DNA of 63,584 bases, filler included, from Reclinomonas americana ATCC 50394 (Eukaryota): NCBI GenBank assembly GCA_048213135.1. It is 14 parts of 14 records of this genome, joined end to end, with 100 filler letters (N's around TTAATTAATTAA, not from the genome) between each part and the next. Parts side by side here need not be neighbours in the genome. Positions count along the whole stretch, not along the records: positions 1 to 12,105 come from AFZH01019651.1; positions 12,206 to 19,101 come from AFZH01019652.1; 12 more parts are not named here. One strand, written 5' to 3'. This document shows, piece after piece, positions 1-13,200 of the stretch. Position 1 is the first letter of the stretch; each line of letters starts with the position of its first letter. The notes under the pieces were generated by a model. The model was not told the origin of the DNA. It ran no database searches and was given only the letters and a program-made list of their open reading frames with translations. Made by a program: the position numbers and the translations under genes.

Positions 1-1
1 C

Positions 2-409
2 GGTCTGGCGGAGACGCTGCGCAATGAGCTGCTGCCACACAACATTCGTGTGCATCTGCTGTGCCCGTGCGACACGGACACGCCGGGCTTTGCGGAGGAG
101 AATCGCACCAAGCCGGTGGAGTGTGTGGAGATTAGCAAGCAGGGCTCGGTGGTGTCGGCCGACGCCATTGCCGCCGGTCTCATGGCCGGTCTCGACCGCG
201 GCGACTTCTTCATTGGCGGCGACTTTGGTTCGCAGGTGCTCTTTGCGCTCGGCAACGGTGCCGCCAACCCGCGCTCCGGATTCGGGCTGCTGGAGGTTTT
301 GCTGCTGCCGCTGCTGGCGGTGGCCGGCTGGTTCGTGCGCCACACCAACGACACGATCGTGAAGAAATTCTTCAAGAAGCCACAGGCGGCACCGCGCGCT
401 CGCAAGTAG
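2..409 (+). CDS. KDSR: 3-ketodihydrosphingosine reductase (KDSR/TSC10, SDR family), 3' end
   Basis: Frame from nt 2 reads GLAETLRNELLPHNIRVHLLCPCDTDTPGFAEENRTKP, matching the KDSR P.DT.TPGF..EN.TKP motif, followed by a C-terminal hydrophobic segment; 5' part lies outside the window. Confidence 0.85.
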   Translation, partial: GLAETLRNELLPHNIRVHLLCPCDTDTPGFAEENRTKPVECVEISKQGSVVSADAIAAGLMAGLDRGDFFIGGDFGSQVLFALGNGAANPRSGFGLLEVLLLPLLAVAGWFVRHTNDTIVKKFFKKPQAAPRARK

Positions 410-507
410 ACCCCTCCTAATTTGAATGAAATCTGTGCTCCCGTTCTTTGGAGAAAAATACGAGTTGTCCTTCACAACACAGAGAACCGCTCTCCCACGT
501 CGTGCGG

Positions 508-1644
508 TCAGTCGCGCATGGCAACGTCGCCGTCGCCACCACCGGCCAGCGCCTCGTGAATCGCCGTATCCATCTTGACCACGCACTGTGTGGTCTCGCG
601 CCCGTCCTTGTTCACCGACTGTCGCACCTCTGTGCAAACAACCACGTCAGCGAAACATGAAATGCACTGTCGTGCCACGACGCACCAAGGGCAAAGTCAT
701 CCTGCGTGTCCATGGGCTTGATGGCGGCAATGCCCTCCTTGACGAGGAACGACAGCTGGAACATGCGTTCGACGGCCTCGGGGAACGAGTGGCCCTGCAG
801 AATGTCGTGCCGCACGGTGAGTGATCGCTGGTGCGACAACGCGTCCAGCTCCTTGCGCATCCTCGTGACACGCAGAGTGGTGGGATCCGCCGTCTCCTTG
901 GCGGAGGCGGCCGACGGATCCACTTGCGAGATCTTGGTCACCGGAGCATCGCGCAACGCTCGTCGCTCCGTGTGCTTGCGCTCCTTCAGCGGATTCTCAA
1001 TCGAGCCATACCTGCACGCGCAGAGAGCGAGAGAGAGCATGGGCACCCGCGCAGCGCCTGTCCCTCCGAGACACACACACACACACGCAACAGGAACTCG
1101 ATGCGTGGTACTGTGGGATACAGATGGCACACCGACTGGCCGAGAGTCATCCACGAGATGCCGGCGGCCTCCGGGTCATCGCCAGTGCGCTTGTACTCTC
1201 GCGCAAACTGCTGGCACACCTCGCCCGCGTCAATCGCATCGGGATCCGTGCGCAAGTGCTTGGCCTGGTGCACACCAGCCGACGAGATCTTCTTGATCCA
1301 CGCCGAGTCTTGCGCCGCCTCTCGCGGGTGACTCACTGTGCACGCGCGCAAGAGATGAACAACACCGAGTCACACAAGAGACAGGCACAGATGCGCGCAT
1401 GAGGAACCTTGCTGGAAGATCTTGTCGCCCTGTTTCAACAGATCCGACGCCTTCTCATTGCCAGGCAAACGCAGTGCCTCCTTTGCATCTGATGGTGTTG
1501 TTGTTGTTGTCAGCGTGTTACAAAAGTGTCACACACACACACACGCACACACAAGCACGCACCATCCGTTCTCTTGGTGAGTGCCTCGTACTCCTTGCGC
1601 GTCTTCAAGCGCAGTGCAAGCTGTTGTGTCTCTTCGGCGTCCAT
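508..1644 (-). CDS. NSE4: Smc5/6 complex kleisin subunit Nse4 (NSMCE4/EID family), spliced
   Basis: Exons give MDAEETQQLALRLKTRKEY..., HPREAAQDSAWIKKIS (Nse3-binding-like) and HSFPEAVERMFQLSFLVKEG (Nse4_C SF.Q.VENLF..SFL..DG); GT-AG introns; last exon ends at TGA 508-510. Confidence 0.75.
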
Positions 1645-1840
1645 GTGCGAGGCAAACCTACGTATGAATGTGAAGGTGCGCGGGAATGACGTCACGCTCT
1701 GTCCACTGTCCCTCATCGCATCAGCTCTCGCGCCGAGCACACTTGCCTCGCTCTCTCTGCATCTCTTTGTGCGTGTGTGTGTGTGTGTGCACCTTGCGCC
1801 TCTGCGTGTGTGGTTTTTGTGTGTGTGTGTGTCTGGGGAG

Positions 1841-3170
1841 ATGGCCACCGAGGAACAAGTGTTTGTGAACGCGCTGCAGCTGCGTCGCGATCAGCGCAAC
1901 GCCATATTAGCGCGCACCGATGAGTTTGTCAAGGCTGCAGTCGAGTTCCTGGGCGACGCGGAAAACGTTGCGCGAGGGGCGGAGAGAAGCGATGCCTGGT
2001 TCGGTCCTCTCTCACTTGCTCACCTCTCTTCCCTCCTTTGTGTGTGTGTGATGCATCAGGTTGCCGAGGTGCGCAGCGCATATCGCGATGCGGTGGGTGC
2101 ATATCATCAGCAGTTGGCGTTGCATCGGCAGCGCGAAGTGCACGACGATCGACTGACGCGCGCGGCGTTGCGGACGGCGCCGGAGGAGCGCTCGGCGTCG
2201 GAGCGCATCTTTGTGGCCACGCACCAGCGACACGCAGAGTGGCGCGAGCTGCTGGCGAACAAGGAGCGCGAACTGGAGGAGCGACAGGAGACGACGCCGT
2301 ATCAGCGGCTGACGGTGGAGGAGCGCGATGCGGTGCGCCGGTTAGGCGAGTGGCGGCTGGAGGAGCGTAAGCGGGAGGATAGGCGGGTGGCCGACACGAG
2401 ATTGCGGCAGAGATTGATTGGTGGTGGTCCCGGATCGTACACGATGAGTACCGGAAACAGTGGTGCTGGTTCGACGCAAATGTGGACCGCGTCGTCGCCC
2501 ATGCAGTCCGGTGTCTATGTACCACCACCACTGCCGCCACCGCCACCGCTTTCGTTGGCCATGTCGGCGACCGCTGTCACCAGCACGACGCCGCAGGCGG
2601 TGGCCGGTATTACTCCACGCCGGGCGGCCTCGGTGTCGCACATTCAGCGATTACAGTCGGACCCGGGTTTCTCTGGTCACGATGCCATGAACGGGCACGG
2701 ATCGCTACAGCTGACGCCCCATCAGCAACAACAACACTATCAGCACTACCAGCAACAGTACCAGCAGCAGCAGCAGCTGCAGCAGCCGCAGGGTGCCTCT
2801 GTCGATCCTCTCCGTTTGCGATGTGTGGCCGAGACGTTTAGCACGCGGTTACCGTCGGCCGACTACTCACGGTTGCAGCTGTTGTTGGAAAAGGTGCGTC
2901 GACCTTCTCCGCACTCCCTCCCTTCCTTCCTCTCACACAATTTTTGTCACGCAGGGTGTTATTGGCGACGTGTTGGACATGTACCTGCGTGGTGAGGCTC
3001 CACCAGCAATACAAGCGCCGCCATCCAAGGGATCCGCGGCCATGGTAGCCATGGCCAACGGGTCATCGTCATCGTCGTCGTCGTCATCGTCATCTGCACA
3101 GCGCGGCGCGTGGAATGGCGTGACGCACCAGCCGGCCTCCAAGACGCTCACCGACCACTTCTTTCGCTGA
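1841..3170 (+). CDS. Hypothetical protein with coiled-coil, Pro-rich and poly-Q segments, spliced
   Basis: ATG 1841 (MATEEQVFVNALQLRRDQ), two GT-AG introns (~1999-2059, ~2894-2954), long open exons; no family recognised. Confidence 0.6.
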
Positions 3171-3296
3171 CAGCAGAGTTGGAGATGCCTCAATTTAGTG
3201 ACACGCTGTATGTGTATCCGTCCACGAGGGATAGCTGCAGGGATGGATGTCGCTCGCCCACCCATAAAACAAACGGCGACAGATTTTCACTTATGC

Positions 3297-3911
3297 TCAT
3301 CGCCGCCGTTCGGTGCTGGGCGTGCGCTTGGGGCCCTGCAAGACGTGATCGAGCAACGCGTCAAAGGGCAGCGGACTTCGATCAGCCGTTGTGATCACCG
3401 TCGGTGCTGCTGACTCGGGTGAGATGATTGTCGTCGTCGTCGTCGGTGGCGGCGGCGACAGTGGTGGCTTGCGACTGGCCGGTAACCGCACCGGCGACTT
3501 GTGTTGCTGCTGCTGCTGCTTATGCTCCAACACATGCTTGATCGACGCCAGCACGCGTCGTTCCACCTCTGGCGACAGCGGTGCACCCACCGCCGCGGTC
3601 GCACGCAACGGTGTCGACGAGGGCGACAAGAATGCCTGCCGCGATCGCCGTGGCGTGTGCGACAGCTGCTGCATCAGTGCCAGCAGCACACGCTCTTGCT
3701 GCTCCAGCAGTGCACGCCACTTGTGCGATGACGACGACGACGACAGCGCAGTCGCCGCCAGCTCGCGGTTCAGTCGCCACGCTTCGCGCGCGAAATCTGT
3801 TGGCACACCACCATTGTCTGCTGCCGACAAGTCGCCACCTCCACTGCCGTTGCCGCCATAGTCGTCGCTGTACAGTAAACTGTCGTCGAAGAGGCGAGAC
3901 TCGTCTCCCAT
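3297..3911 (-). CDS. Hypothetical protein with a short coiled coil
   Basis: Single open frame MGDESRLFDDSLLY...LLEQQERVLLALMQQL...STERRR*; no family recognised. Confidence 0.5.
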   Translation of the reverse strand: MGDESRLFDDSLLYSDDYGGNGSGGGDLSAADNGGVPTDFAREAWRLNRELAATALSSSSSSHKWRALLEQQERVLLALMQQLSHTPRRSRQAFLSPSSTPLRATAAVGAPLSPEVERRVLASIKHVLEHKQQQQQHKSPVRLPASRKPPLSPPPPTTTTTIISPESAAPTVITTADRSPLPFDALLDHVLQGPKRTPSTERRR

Positions 3912-3968
3912 CTCGCCCAACGCGCGAAAATCACCCGTCCAACCAATCAACACCGACGACGGAATTAA

Positions 3969-6900
3969 ATGCTGCCTCTGGTGGCGGAGCAGCAACGGGA
4001 TCCGCTCGCTGCTGAGCAACCGCCAAATGAAGAGGTGGATCATGCGGTGCTGCTGCAGCCAGTGGAGGGATTGCTCCGCACGCAGGTCGGGAGAGTGAGG
4101 AAGAGAAAGTGAGCGCGATCACACAGTCTTTTCTCAATCCTCTCGTGTGTGTGCGTGGGCAGATCTGGAGGCTGATTCACACGGCCGCTGGTGCAGTGGG
4201 CGGGTCCACGTCGCGGGCGGCGTTTGCGTCGCGTCGCTTTGAGACTTCTGTGCGCATTTGCATCGTTGTTGATCATCAATCATCCTGCTTCTGCTCATTT
4301 GTGTCGAGCAGGTCTCGCTGCTGAAGGGTCTCCCGCAGCGCCGCATCTCGCAGGCGGTCAGTCAGTGGTGGTTCAACTCCTCCAAGGGCATGGTGTACGT
4401 TGAGTAGCGTGGAGTGCACAGATCGCTCACCCCGAATTGTGTATCTCATCTCAGTTGGTGCGCAGGATTGGTTGTACCTGACGACCGTGGCGTTGTCGGT
4501 GGTGGTGTACGTGTACTGCACGTACAACACCGATTCGTTGACGTTGCGTGTGTGCGTTTGGTGGTCACACGGGTGACGGGGTGTGTGCTGACAGAGTGGA
4601 ATGGACCAGATCATTGTGGCTGAGAATCTTGGAGTTGTACATTGCGACAGTGTTTGTGGCCGACTTTGTGTTGCATGCACTCATCGCCCGTCGCTTGTGC
4701 GTGGCGTGCTCCCGCTAGTTATCAATGTGTGCGCAGCATTCATCGCCTTTGTGCAGGCGACTGTTCTTGCTGAGCGTTACCGGCATTGGGGATTTCATCA
4801 CACTGTGGCCAGTGTTGCGTCGTAACTCGTTTATTGTTGCGTGGGGTGACAGTGTCCAATGCGTGTGTGTGCTGACGGCACAGGGTGCTGGTGTGGACAA
4901 CCGATGTGAGCGGCATTTGGGGTCTGCTGTGGCGACTGACCAGCGTCCCGCGGATTGTGCGATTCTCTCGCCTGCAGCGAGTGTTCCACAGAAGAGGCCT
5001 GGATATCGAGAGCTGTTGCGTCTTCCTGACTCTTCGGGAGTGACCACGTCTATAGTGTCACCCACTGACGTGCGCTTCTCGACACGCAGCCATCACTCTG
5101 CAGGTGCAAGTGCTGGCCTTCACCGTCGTCTGCATTCTCTTCATTGCTGCTGGTGCCTTTCAGGCCGGTTCGTTTGCGGGATTGTGTGTGTATGTCTCCA
5201 GCTTCCTCCTGTGCTGCTTACGTGAATACGACTGGCAGTGGAGATTTTCTGGGACGGCATTATCGTCACATTTCTACAAGCGGTGTACTTTGCGGTGGTG
5301 ACCATCGCCACAGTCGGTTATGGTGACATCTCGCCGGAGGTTTCTCAGCCCGTTTACCATCTCCGTGTTGTAGTGGTGGAGCGTGTCGACTAATATGTGT
5401 GCGTCGTTGGCGGCAGACCAATGTCGGACGCGTCCTCGTGGTGTTGTTCCTCCTAACCGTCATCATCATCATTCCGCTGGAGACGAACCGCTTGTTTTCC
5501 ATCATCTCCGAGACCAATCGTTGCGTGCCACGACCAAGTCGAATGCTCTGTTTTTCATTCTTGTGTGATTGACTGAGAGACGCGAATACAGGTTACCGCC
5601 GCAAAGCGGTAATACGGCGCGGTCATCAGCATGTATTGGTCACGGGGGATATCGGCACCGCCAACATTGTGCGCTTCACACGCGAGTTCTTCCACTCGGC
5701 ACACGGCACACAGCGCCTGCAATTGGTGTTCCTCGCTACTGTGAATCCGTCGACGGAGACGGAAGTTGTTGCGTGTGCGCGTGCAATCGCTGTCGTCGTC
5801 TCTCATCTCGCAGGAGTTAACTGAGCTGTTGGATTCTTGGCTAGCTTTTCTTCACGCATCCGCACGGAAACCTGATGCAGTACGTGCTGGGATCTGCTGT
5901 TTCGCCGGTCGATCTGCGTCGCGGTGCAACAGCAGACGCGGTAGCGGCATTCGTGTTTGTGGATCGACTGTCACCGAGGCTCGCCGACAGTGATGCGATG
6001 AACTTTCTCCGCGTCGCCGCCATTCGCAGTACCAACGACATTTGCCCCATATTTGCGCAAGTGACCTTGCCGCAAAACAGGGTGCGCTTGAGAGCCGGAG
6101 ATTTCCGTTCTCCCGCACTCCCGTACTCATGTGTTTGTCGCAGAAACACCTGTTGGCGGCAGGCGCCACTCAAGTCGTGTGCATCAACAGTCTCAAAATG
6201 GTTCCTTCCAGTTTCAAACGCCACCGATATGTATTTATTGCGATGCTTACTCGTGCTCCTTCATCTTGCAGAGCATTCTTGCTCGCAGCTGCCTGTGCCC
6301 GGGCTTTTGTGCATTTGTCAGCAATCTGATGAAATTCGACACCCCGTTCAGCCACTTGGACGGCGACAGCTGGGAGGAGGAGTATGGTTGCGTGTTGTTC
6401 GCTCGCTGTCGCTGCTCTGTCGTCGTCTCCTCATGCTGCTGGTGCTGTCACACAGCGCACGGTTACGCTCACGAGATTTACACCACCTCATGGCCGAAAT
6501 CCATGCACGGAGTCAGCTACGGCGATGCAGCATCGGTGCGTCATCCTTGCGTAATCTGCACATTCATACGTGCGCTTACGTGCGTGATTACGCACTGACT
6601 GCGACTCTTTGACGACAGTACCTTTACGCCAAGTACGCTGCCATTCTCCTGGCAGTCACCGGCAGCATTCGCGACCCGCAGAAGAATTACGTTGCCTACG
6701 TGCGTCGACAACGAAGCGCACCACTTGCCACCACACGGCTTATGAGCATCTCACTCACTCTTTGCATGTAGCGCACAATGGTTGCACCGCCTTCTACTCT
6801 CGTGTTGGAAGCCGGTTACAGATGCACGCTGATTGCTGCGGATGCCTCTGTCGCGCTGAGCATCGCGTTCGACAGCCACTTTGAATCCGTGAAGGGGAAT

Positions 6901-9900
6901 CATCGCCGCGCCTCTCTCACCCTAAACCGTACACCACCAAGTGCGTGTCGAGACGAGTACCCATCCCCCTGTGTGATCGTTCACTCATCACGTACATGCG
7001 AACAGTTTCATCCGAGTCGACCCTGTCTCGGGAGAGTCGTGGCGGTTCTTTCGTTCTGCCACCAGCGCCGGTCACTCGATCGCTGCAAGACGATCCAGAG
7101 CTGCTTCTGGCTGTTCGGTCATCTGAGCACCACGTTGCTGGTATGCAGCATGTTTTCCTTGCTTCTTTCGCTTTCTCCGGCGCACTGACTTTCCTCTGCC
7201 GTAGCGGTGGAAAAGGAGCAGATTCGCAGGTCGGCCGAGCATTTGAACGAGGCGGCCAAGCTCAGCGTACCGTTGCGTCAGTCGACATCTCTCCATACTT
7301 TCGCGCATGTCTCACCTCTTCGTGAAATAGCGTGCATCTTCTTGCTGCACGATATGCGCTCTTGCCACGCATTCGGTCTCTGAAGGAAAGTGTGGTGGAA
7401 TTCATGCCGCTGGAGATGATGGATCACATTCTGGTGCGGTGTTTGGAGGAAGTGAACGAGAGTCATAGATGATTGACTGACTGTACCCAGTTGTGCGGTC
7501 CGCTCGCCAACGTGGTCCACTTTGTGCTGCCACTGCGGTCGTTCACCCTCGGTTCTCTGGACGCACTCGTCGACATTGTTGTGCTCACTCCGCACCTTCC
7601 AACTGGTTCGCCTCTGAGCATCCTTTCGTGTGCGTAGCCTGTTGCTCACCGTCGCCACGCGTCCTGCAGCTGACGAGTGGGCGCCATTGTCGGTGCTTCC
7701 CAAGTTGCATGTGGTGGTGGGCGATCCGCGCGGTGAGTGGCACTGCGTGCTTAGCTTGAGCACTGCCTGTTGATCTCCTTCTTTTCTGTCGTTAGAACGC
7801 ACGGATTTGCAGCGATGCAACGCGAGAGTGGCCAAGTCGATTGTTGTTGCGTCACTCTGCCAAGTAGTGGTGAAGAAGAGCGCAATTGGCGATCTCCTCC
7901 TTCTCACCGCTGTGTGCATGCACAGATTTTGACGAGCACGCACTTATCGGGAGACTCGTCGTCTGTGTTGGAAGCCGGCGTCGATGATCACGACACCATC
8001 TTGACGCAGCTGCAGCTGGTTCAGTCGTACTCGCTCGAGAAGTTTGTGCTGGCCGACATTGGTGCGAACCGAGGAAGACAAGTCGTGACGTGTGTGTGTG
8101 TGTGTGTGTATTTCTGTTTCTCACGGCGTTTTTACTTGTAGGTCATGTTTCCAGTCTGAAGTTCTTGAGACCAACCGTGCACGTCACAGTGGAAAAAGCG
8201 AATGCTGCCTTGCCGTTGCGTTTGCCTTGCGTTGCGCGTGCTAATCGCGATTGTTGCAATCATGTCTCTTACCCTTGTCGACAGTCTCGGCAAAGCCCAG
8301 AACAAGGTGCTGCCGGTACTGGCCGCCGGCAGAGCCTACGTGAGCGACACCCTCGACAATCTCATGTGCATGGTGCGTGTTTCTGTGACTCCGTTTCGTG
8401 CCCAGTGCATTTCTGACTCACCGCTTCGTTGCAGTCGTACTACACACCGGCGGTGCTGCCGCTCATCGAGCACATGGCCGGTCTTGTGGACGCCTGCATC
8501 CACGACTTCTCCATCCCGCAGGGCAACATGTACAGTTTCCCGTGTCCTGAGGGGCTCGTTGTTGCGTCGCAATGTTGCGCAGTGAGTTGCGTGGGGTCTG
8601 ACTGACTTCTTCTTGGTGAACAGGACCGGTCGTTCCGCCACGTATTCGATACCATGATGCAGGTGTACGGCATCCTCGTCGTTGCGTTGTATCGACGAAA
8701 GGACGGATGCCAACTGCCGTACGTCTTCACTTGCCCGCCGAAGAATACCGTTGCGATTCAGCATGAGTGTGTGCGCACACGGCGGTTGATATGTTGGACT
8801 CACGTGTCACCGCTCTGCTCTTGGCATGCAGGTTGTACACCAGCAAGATCACCTCATGGTCCTGTCGCGACTTCCACCATCCGCACTCGACTTGTCGCTT
8901 GTCGACGGTAACGCGGGCTGTGGTGACCCAGGTGCGCCATTTGTCCGCCGGTGCGCAAGTGTACGCGATGTGGCTGCTCCGTCACCAGCCGCGCGCCTTC
9001 TTCGACGGCGTCACACGGACAAGATGTTTGCCGGTTTAGATTACGTGAGTGATGACACAGCGTTGCGGGAAAGTGGTGCGTCTGCTTCCCGCTGTGCGAC
9101 TCCGGTGCGAGCGTCTGGTGGAGCACAGCAACGGTTTGCAAAACGTCGTTTTGTACGGAGAGACAGTAGAGGGACTCATCATTCGCTCGTTGTATTCGTG
9201 TAGGCAATCGGGTACGCAGTCGTCCCAGTCGACGCCAAGTCATGCCCACGCACGGCGGACCATGTCCGACACAGATGTGAGCGAGCGCCCTTCCACGCCA
9301 ACCGTGGCGTCCCGAGCAAGCGCGGTCGGCCCTCCTCCTCTCAGCAGCGTGACATCGCCGACCAAGTCGATGGAGACGACGGCACCGATGCTGATGCCGA
9401 CACTGCACCGATCACGGGATGTGCTGATTGGTGGCGGTGCCAGCGGCCACACTGTGCGTGTTCGGCGTCCCCTCGGTGCTCCAGTTCCGTTATTTCCCCT
9501 CTCTTCACGCTGCGTGTAACGTGCTCACCTTCTCTGTGACGACAGCTGCACGGCGCAGCGATGACGTCTGCCCTCGAGGAAGCCGATGACTGTGGCTGTG
9601 GAACTGGCCATGTGGAAGTACCCCTGCCGCATGACCCGGCGTACGAGACGTGGCTGGGTGTGGTCTCTCCGACAAAAGGCGACGGATGTGCGTCTGCGGC
9701 GGCGGACGAGGCGGAGACAGTGCCGAAGCGGGCGCCCAGCCCGCTGCAGCTACCGCGTACCGAGTCACTGCCTGCGTCTTCACCGGTGCTCTTTTCGACG
9801 CCGCACAGCTCGCCCCTTCTTGCGAGAAGGCGCCAGAGTCGCGCTCTGGCCGCCGACGGCTCATCGTCATCGCCACCGTCGACACCGGAAGTAGTTACAA

Positions 9901-10037
9901 CGCCTGCTGCCAGTGCTGCTGATGCAACAACTCCACGCTTTGTAGTGGTGCATGTCGAAGACTTTGATATTGATGGTGCGCTACAATATGCACCTCCGAA
10001 CTCGAACGGCGACGGTGACAAGGAAGGCAGCAGCTGA
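3969..10037 (+). CDS. Slo/BK-family potassium channel (voltage sensor, pore, two RCK domains), paralog 1, highly spliced
   Basis: S4 RLTSVPRIVRFSRLQRVFHRR; pore ATVGYGDISP at ~5310; RCK motifs HVLVTG, YVLGS, SILARSCLCPGF..FVSNL, HILLCG and AAGRAY..DTLDNLMCM/SYYTP; many GT-AG introns. Confidence 0.88.
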
Positions 10038-10297
10038 AGCACGTCGTTGTCACGAAGGAGAGCGCCCGCTCACTGTGCGTCGGTGATGACGCGGTGGTGG
10101 TGGTAGAAGAGCATTGTTAATGTATATCAGTAATTTGCGATGATGTGGCGCAACTCATCGCAGCGCTTTCAATTATGTTCGATTTCATCATCCTCCGTTC
10201 TTCTGTGAGCGAAAGAGTGCTGACTCGCGACAACACGCCACGTGTGTGTGCACCTGGGAAGGGCAGAGGCCTGTGAGCCGAGTCGCGCGCGCCTCTA

Positions 10298-13200
10298 ATG
10301 CGGCAGCAACCGTTGATCAGCTCGCGTCGAGCGTTGACGAATCAGGTGTGTGTGCAAGCGTGTGGGTGCGTGAGAGAGAGAGAGAGAGAGGGATGGAGAA
10401 TGTGTGCATGTGCGTGCGTGCATTCATGTGATTGTGGGAAAGAAGCACACGTGTGTGTGAGAGAGATGACGGAGAGAGTATCAGCCTGGATGAATCACAC
10501 TTTTTTCTCTCCCAATCCCTCGCCCTCTGCTCCCCACTCTGGCTTGTTCTCTGGATCACCACCTCCCTTTCCCTCTCACAAAACACGTCAATGCACACCT
10601 CACACATCAATGTTGCGACAATGCAAGATTTGGCAAGTTGTGCGCTTTGCCGCTGGAGGAGTCGGAGGCCAGGCGAACCGCAGCTATGCTGGGCGTCGAG
10701 TCGACACATCGGTGCGCGTGCGCGTAGTTCCTCCTTCAAAAGCGGCCATTTCTTTTTGTTCTCAAAATGCGTGTCTCGCCAACAGGTCGCTCTTCTCGAC
10801 CTCCGACCCACCAGCTTTCAGGTGCGGCTGCGCAGGTTCATGGCGCATTCCACGTTTGGGTTCATCTATGTTGCGTGGTGCTTGGGTACTGTCGACGCGC
10901 CTGCTGCGAGGCTTGACACAGGCTGGTCACAGGATATCGTTTTGATGGCGCTGGCGCTGTGGGCTGTCATCCAGTACGTGTGGTCTACGTATGAGCCCGG
11001 CTACTATGAGTTTCGCAGTACCTCTGTGTGAAAGAGAGACGTCAAGTGAGCCGTGTTTTCGCTGTGAATCTCACCTCCACATTGCAGCATTACGTGGGTG
11101 CGGATTGTTGAAGTCTTCCTGGTGTGCATCTTCGGCTCCGACGTGGTGTTGCAGTTCTACACTGCAAGGCGGCGGTTCGTGTGCATGTATGTGAGTCGCA
11201 CACTGTGGTTGACACGCGCACTGAGTCACCATGGCACAGCTGGTGGTACTTGTCGACTCGAGGACTTGCCGACATTCTCAGCATTGTGCCCAGGTATATC
11301 TCACGCGCGCCTCTACACAATCCCCGCTCTTGCCCTAACACTCGTGAACACAGTGTGGTGTTCTTTGCTACGGGAAATCGCTCCGTTCAGCTGTACTTCC
11401 TGCGCGTGCTCCGCCTCCTGCGTTTGATGCGCCTGTTCCGCTTGAGCCGACGCCGCACGTTCTACACACGTCGCGATTGGTCCCAAAAATGTTTCGTGTG
11501 TTGCATCACGCTCACCTCATCTGTTGTGACAGCAGCGTTGTTGCTTATATTTCTACCCGCTTGCCGCGCACGTTGCAGCTGTGGCCGACGAACTTCTCAA
11601 GTTCGTCTTTGTGATCTTTTGCCTCATTTTCATCACCGCCGGTCTGATCCAGACAGGTTCGCGCAAAGGCCTTGACTTCTCTCTTAATGCCCAAGCTAAT
11701 GATTTGCTTACATGTGTATGCGTGTGTCACCTGTGCAGTCGAGGACGCTTTCGATGGCACGAAGATGACCTTCCTCCAGGCCGTGTACTTTATCGTCGTC
11801 ACTATTACGACTGTCGGCTACGGTGACTTTACGCCCACGGTTTGTCCCAACCCCCGTGTTGCAAGAAGCGTGCTGCTCTGGTCTGTCTCTCACGGCCATC
11901 TACGTATGGCATGCGGACAGACGGAGCTCGGTCAAGCAATCATCATTGTCTTCATTCTGACGGCCATTTCGCTGCTGCCGGTGTTGACCTCGCAGCTGTT
12001 GAATGTCATGGCTCTTACCAACAGTTACGCATTTAGCGTTCCATAGTGCACCTCTCTCTCTCTCTTCCCTTACCTGTGTATGTTTGTGTGTGCGCACGCT
12101 CGCGGNNNNNNNNNNNNNNNNNNNNNNNNNNNNNNNNNNNNNNNNNNNNTTAATTAATTAANNNNNNNNNNNNNNNNNNNNNNNNNNNNNNNNNNNNNNN
12201 NNNNNTGAGTTCGCGAGACGAGCGCGCCTGATGGCCATGCTACTCACTGTCGCGAAAATCACACAGAATGTGCTGGCACGCAGCTGCTTGGTTCCTGGGT
12301 TTGCCGTCTTCCTCAACAATCTCATGCGCAACGAGCTTCCGTTCAAGTCGTTCACCATGGAAGAGTGGCCTGCCGAATACTGTTGCGTCCATATGACACC
12401 GTCGTGGATACACACTGGCGACTCACCGCTGCGTCTCGGCAGGTCACGGCGCCGCGCATGAAATCTACACCACCGTGTTGCCAAAGACCATGGAGGGCGT
12501 CACTTTTGCCGAGGCTGCAGCTGTTGCGTGTGTGCGCTCTTGAGTGCAAAGTTCCTCTGTCTCATATTCGTGTGTGCCAGTACGTGTATGACAAGTTCAA
12601 CGCCATTCTGTTCGGCGTGAAAGGCTCCATTCAGGATCCGCGCACTGGCGTCGTGGCCGAGGTACGCGCTGTGATGCACTTGCAGTTTCACGAATTCAAT
12701 GGTCACCTGTGTGTGTGTGTGTCCTTGCTGCAGCGCTCGTTGATTGCACCACCACCCAAGCTAATTGTGCGAGCTGGGTTCAAGGCCGTGCTTATCGCGC
12801 CCGATGTGACGATTGCTTTGCAGTTGGCTTTCGATTCCGATGCTGAGTGGCTGGCCAGTACGACTACTCGCGTCCGTGCTCTCGCCAGAAAACTGCGACA
12901 TGTCACAGCGGATTTGGAGCGGAGACGACAACCAGATCGAGAACGGCGGCAGTCTCTTATTCGTCGACCGTCACTCGACCGGTTGCGGGAGGATGCCAGC
13001 GGGGCGTCTGCAGTTTTGCAAACGTCAATGTCGGCTCCACCCCCACTGCCGCCACCGCCTTTGCCACCAAGTGACGGTCGGCCTTCGCTTGTGTCACTGG
13101 TGTGTCAACGGTGTGCTCCTCCCTACTGTACACCCGGTGCTCATAGTTCATTGCCAGCTGTCGGAGGACAACCTGAGTGTGCAGAGTCTACAGTCTCGCG

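Noticed and set aside
12106..12205. Recurring TTAATTAATTAA palindrome flanked by Ns
   Set aside because: Artificial six-frame-stop scaffold linker, not biological.
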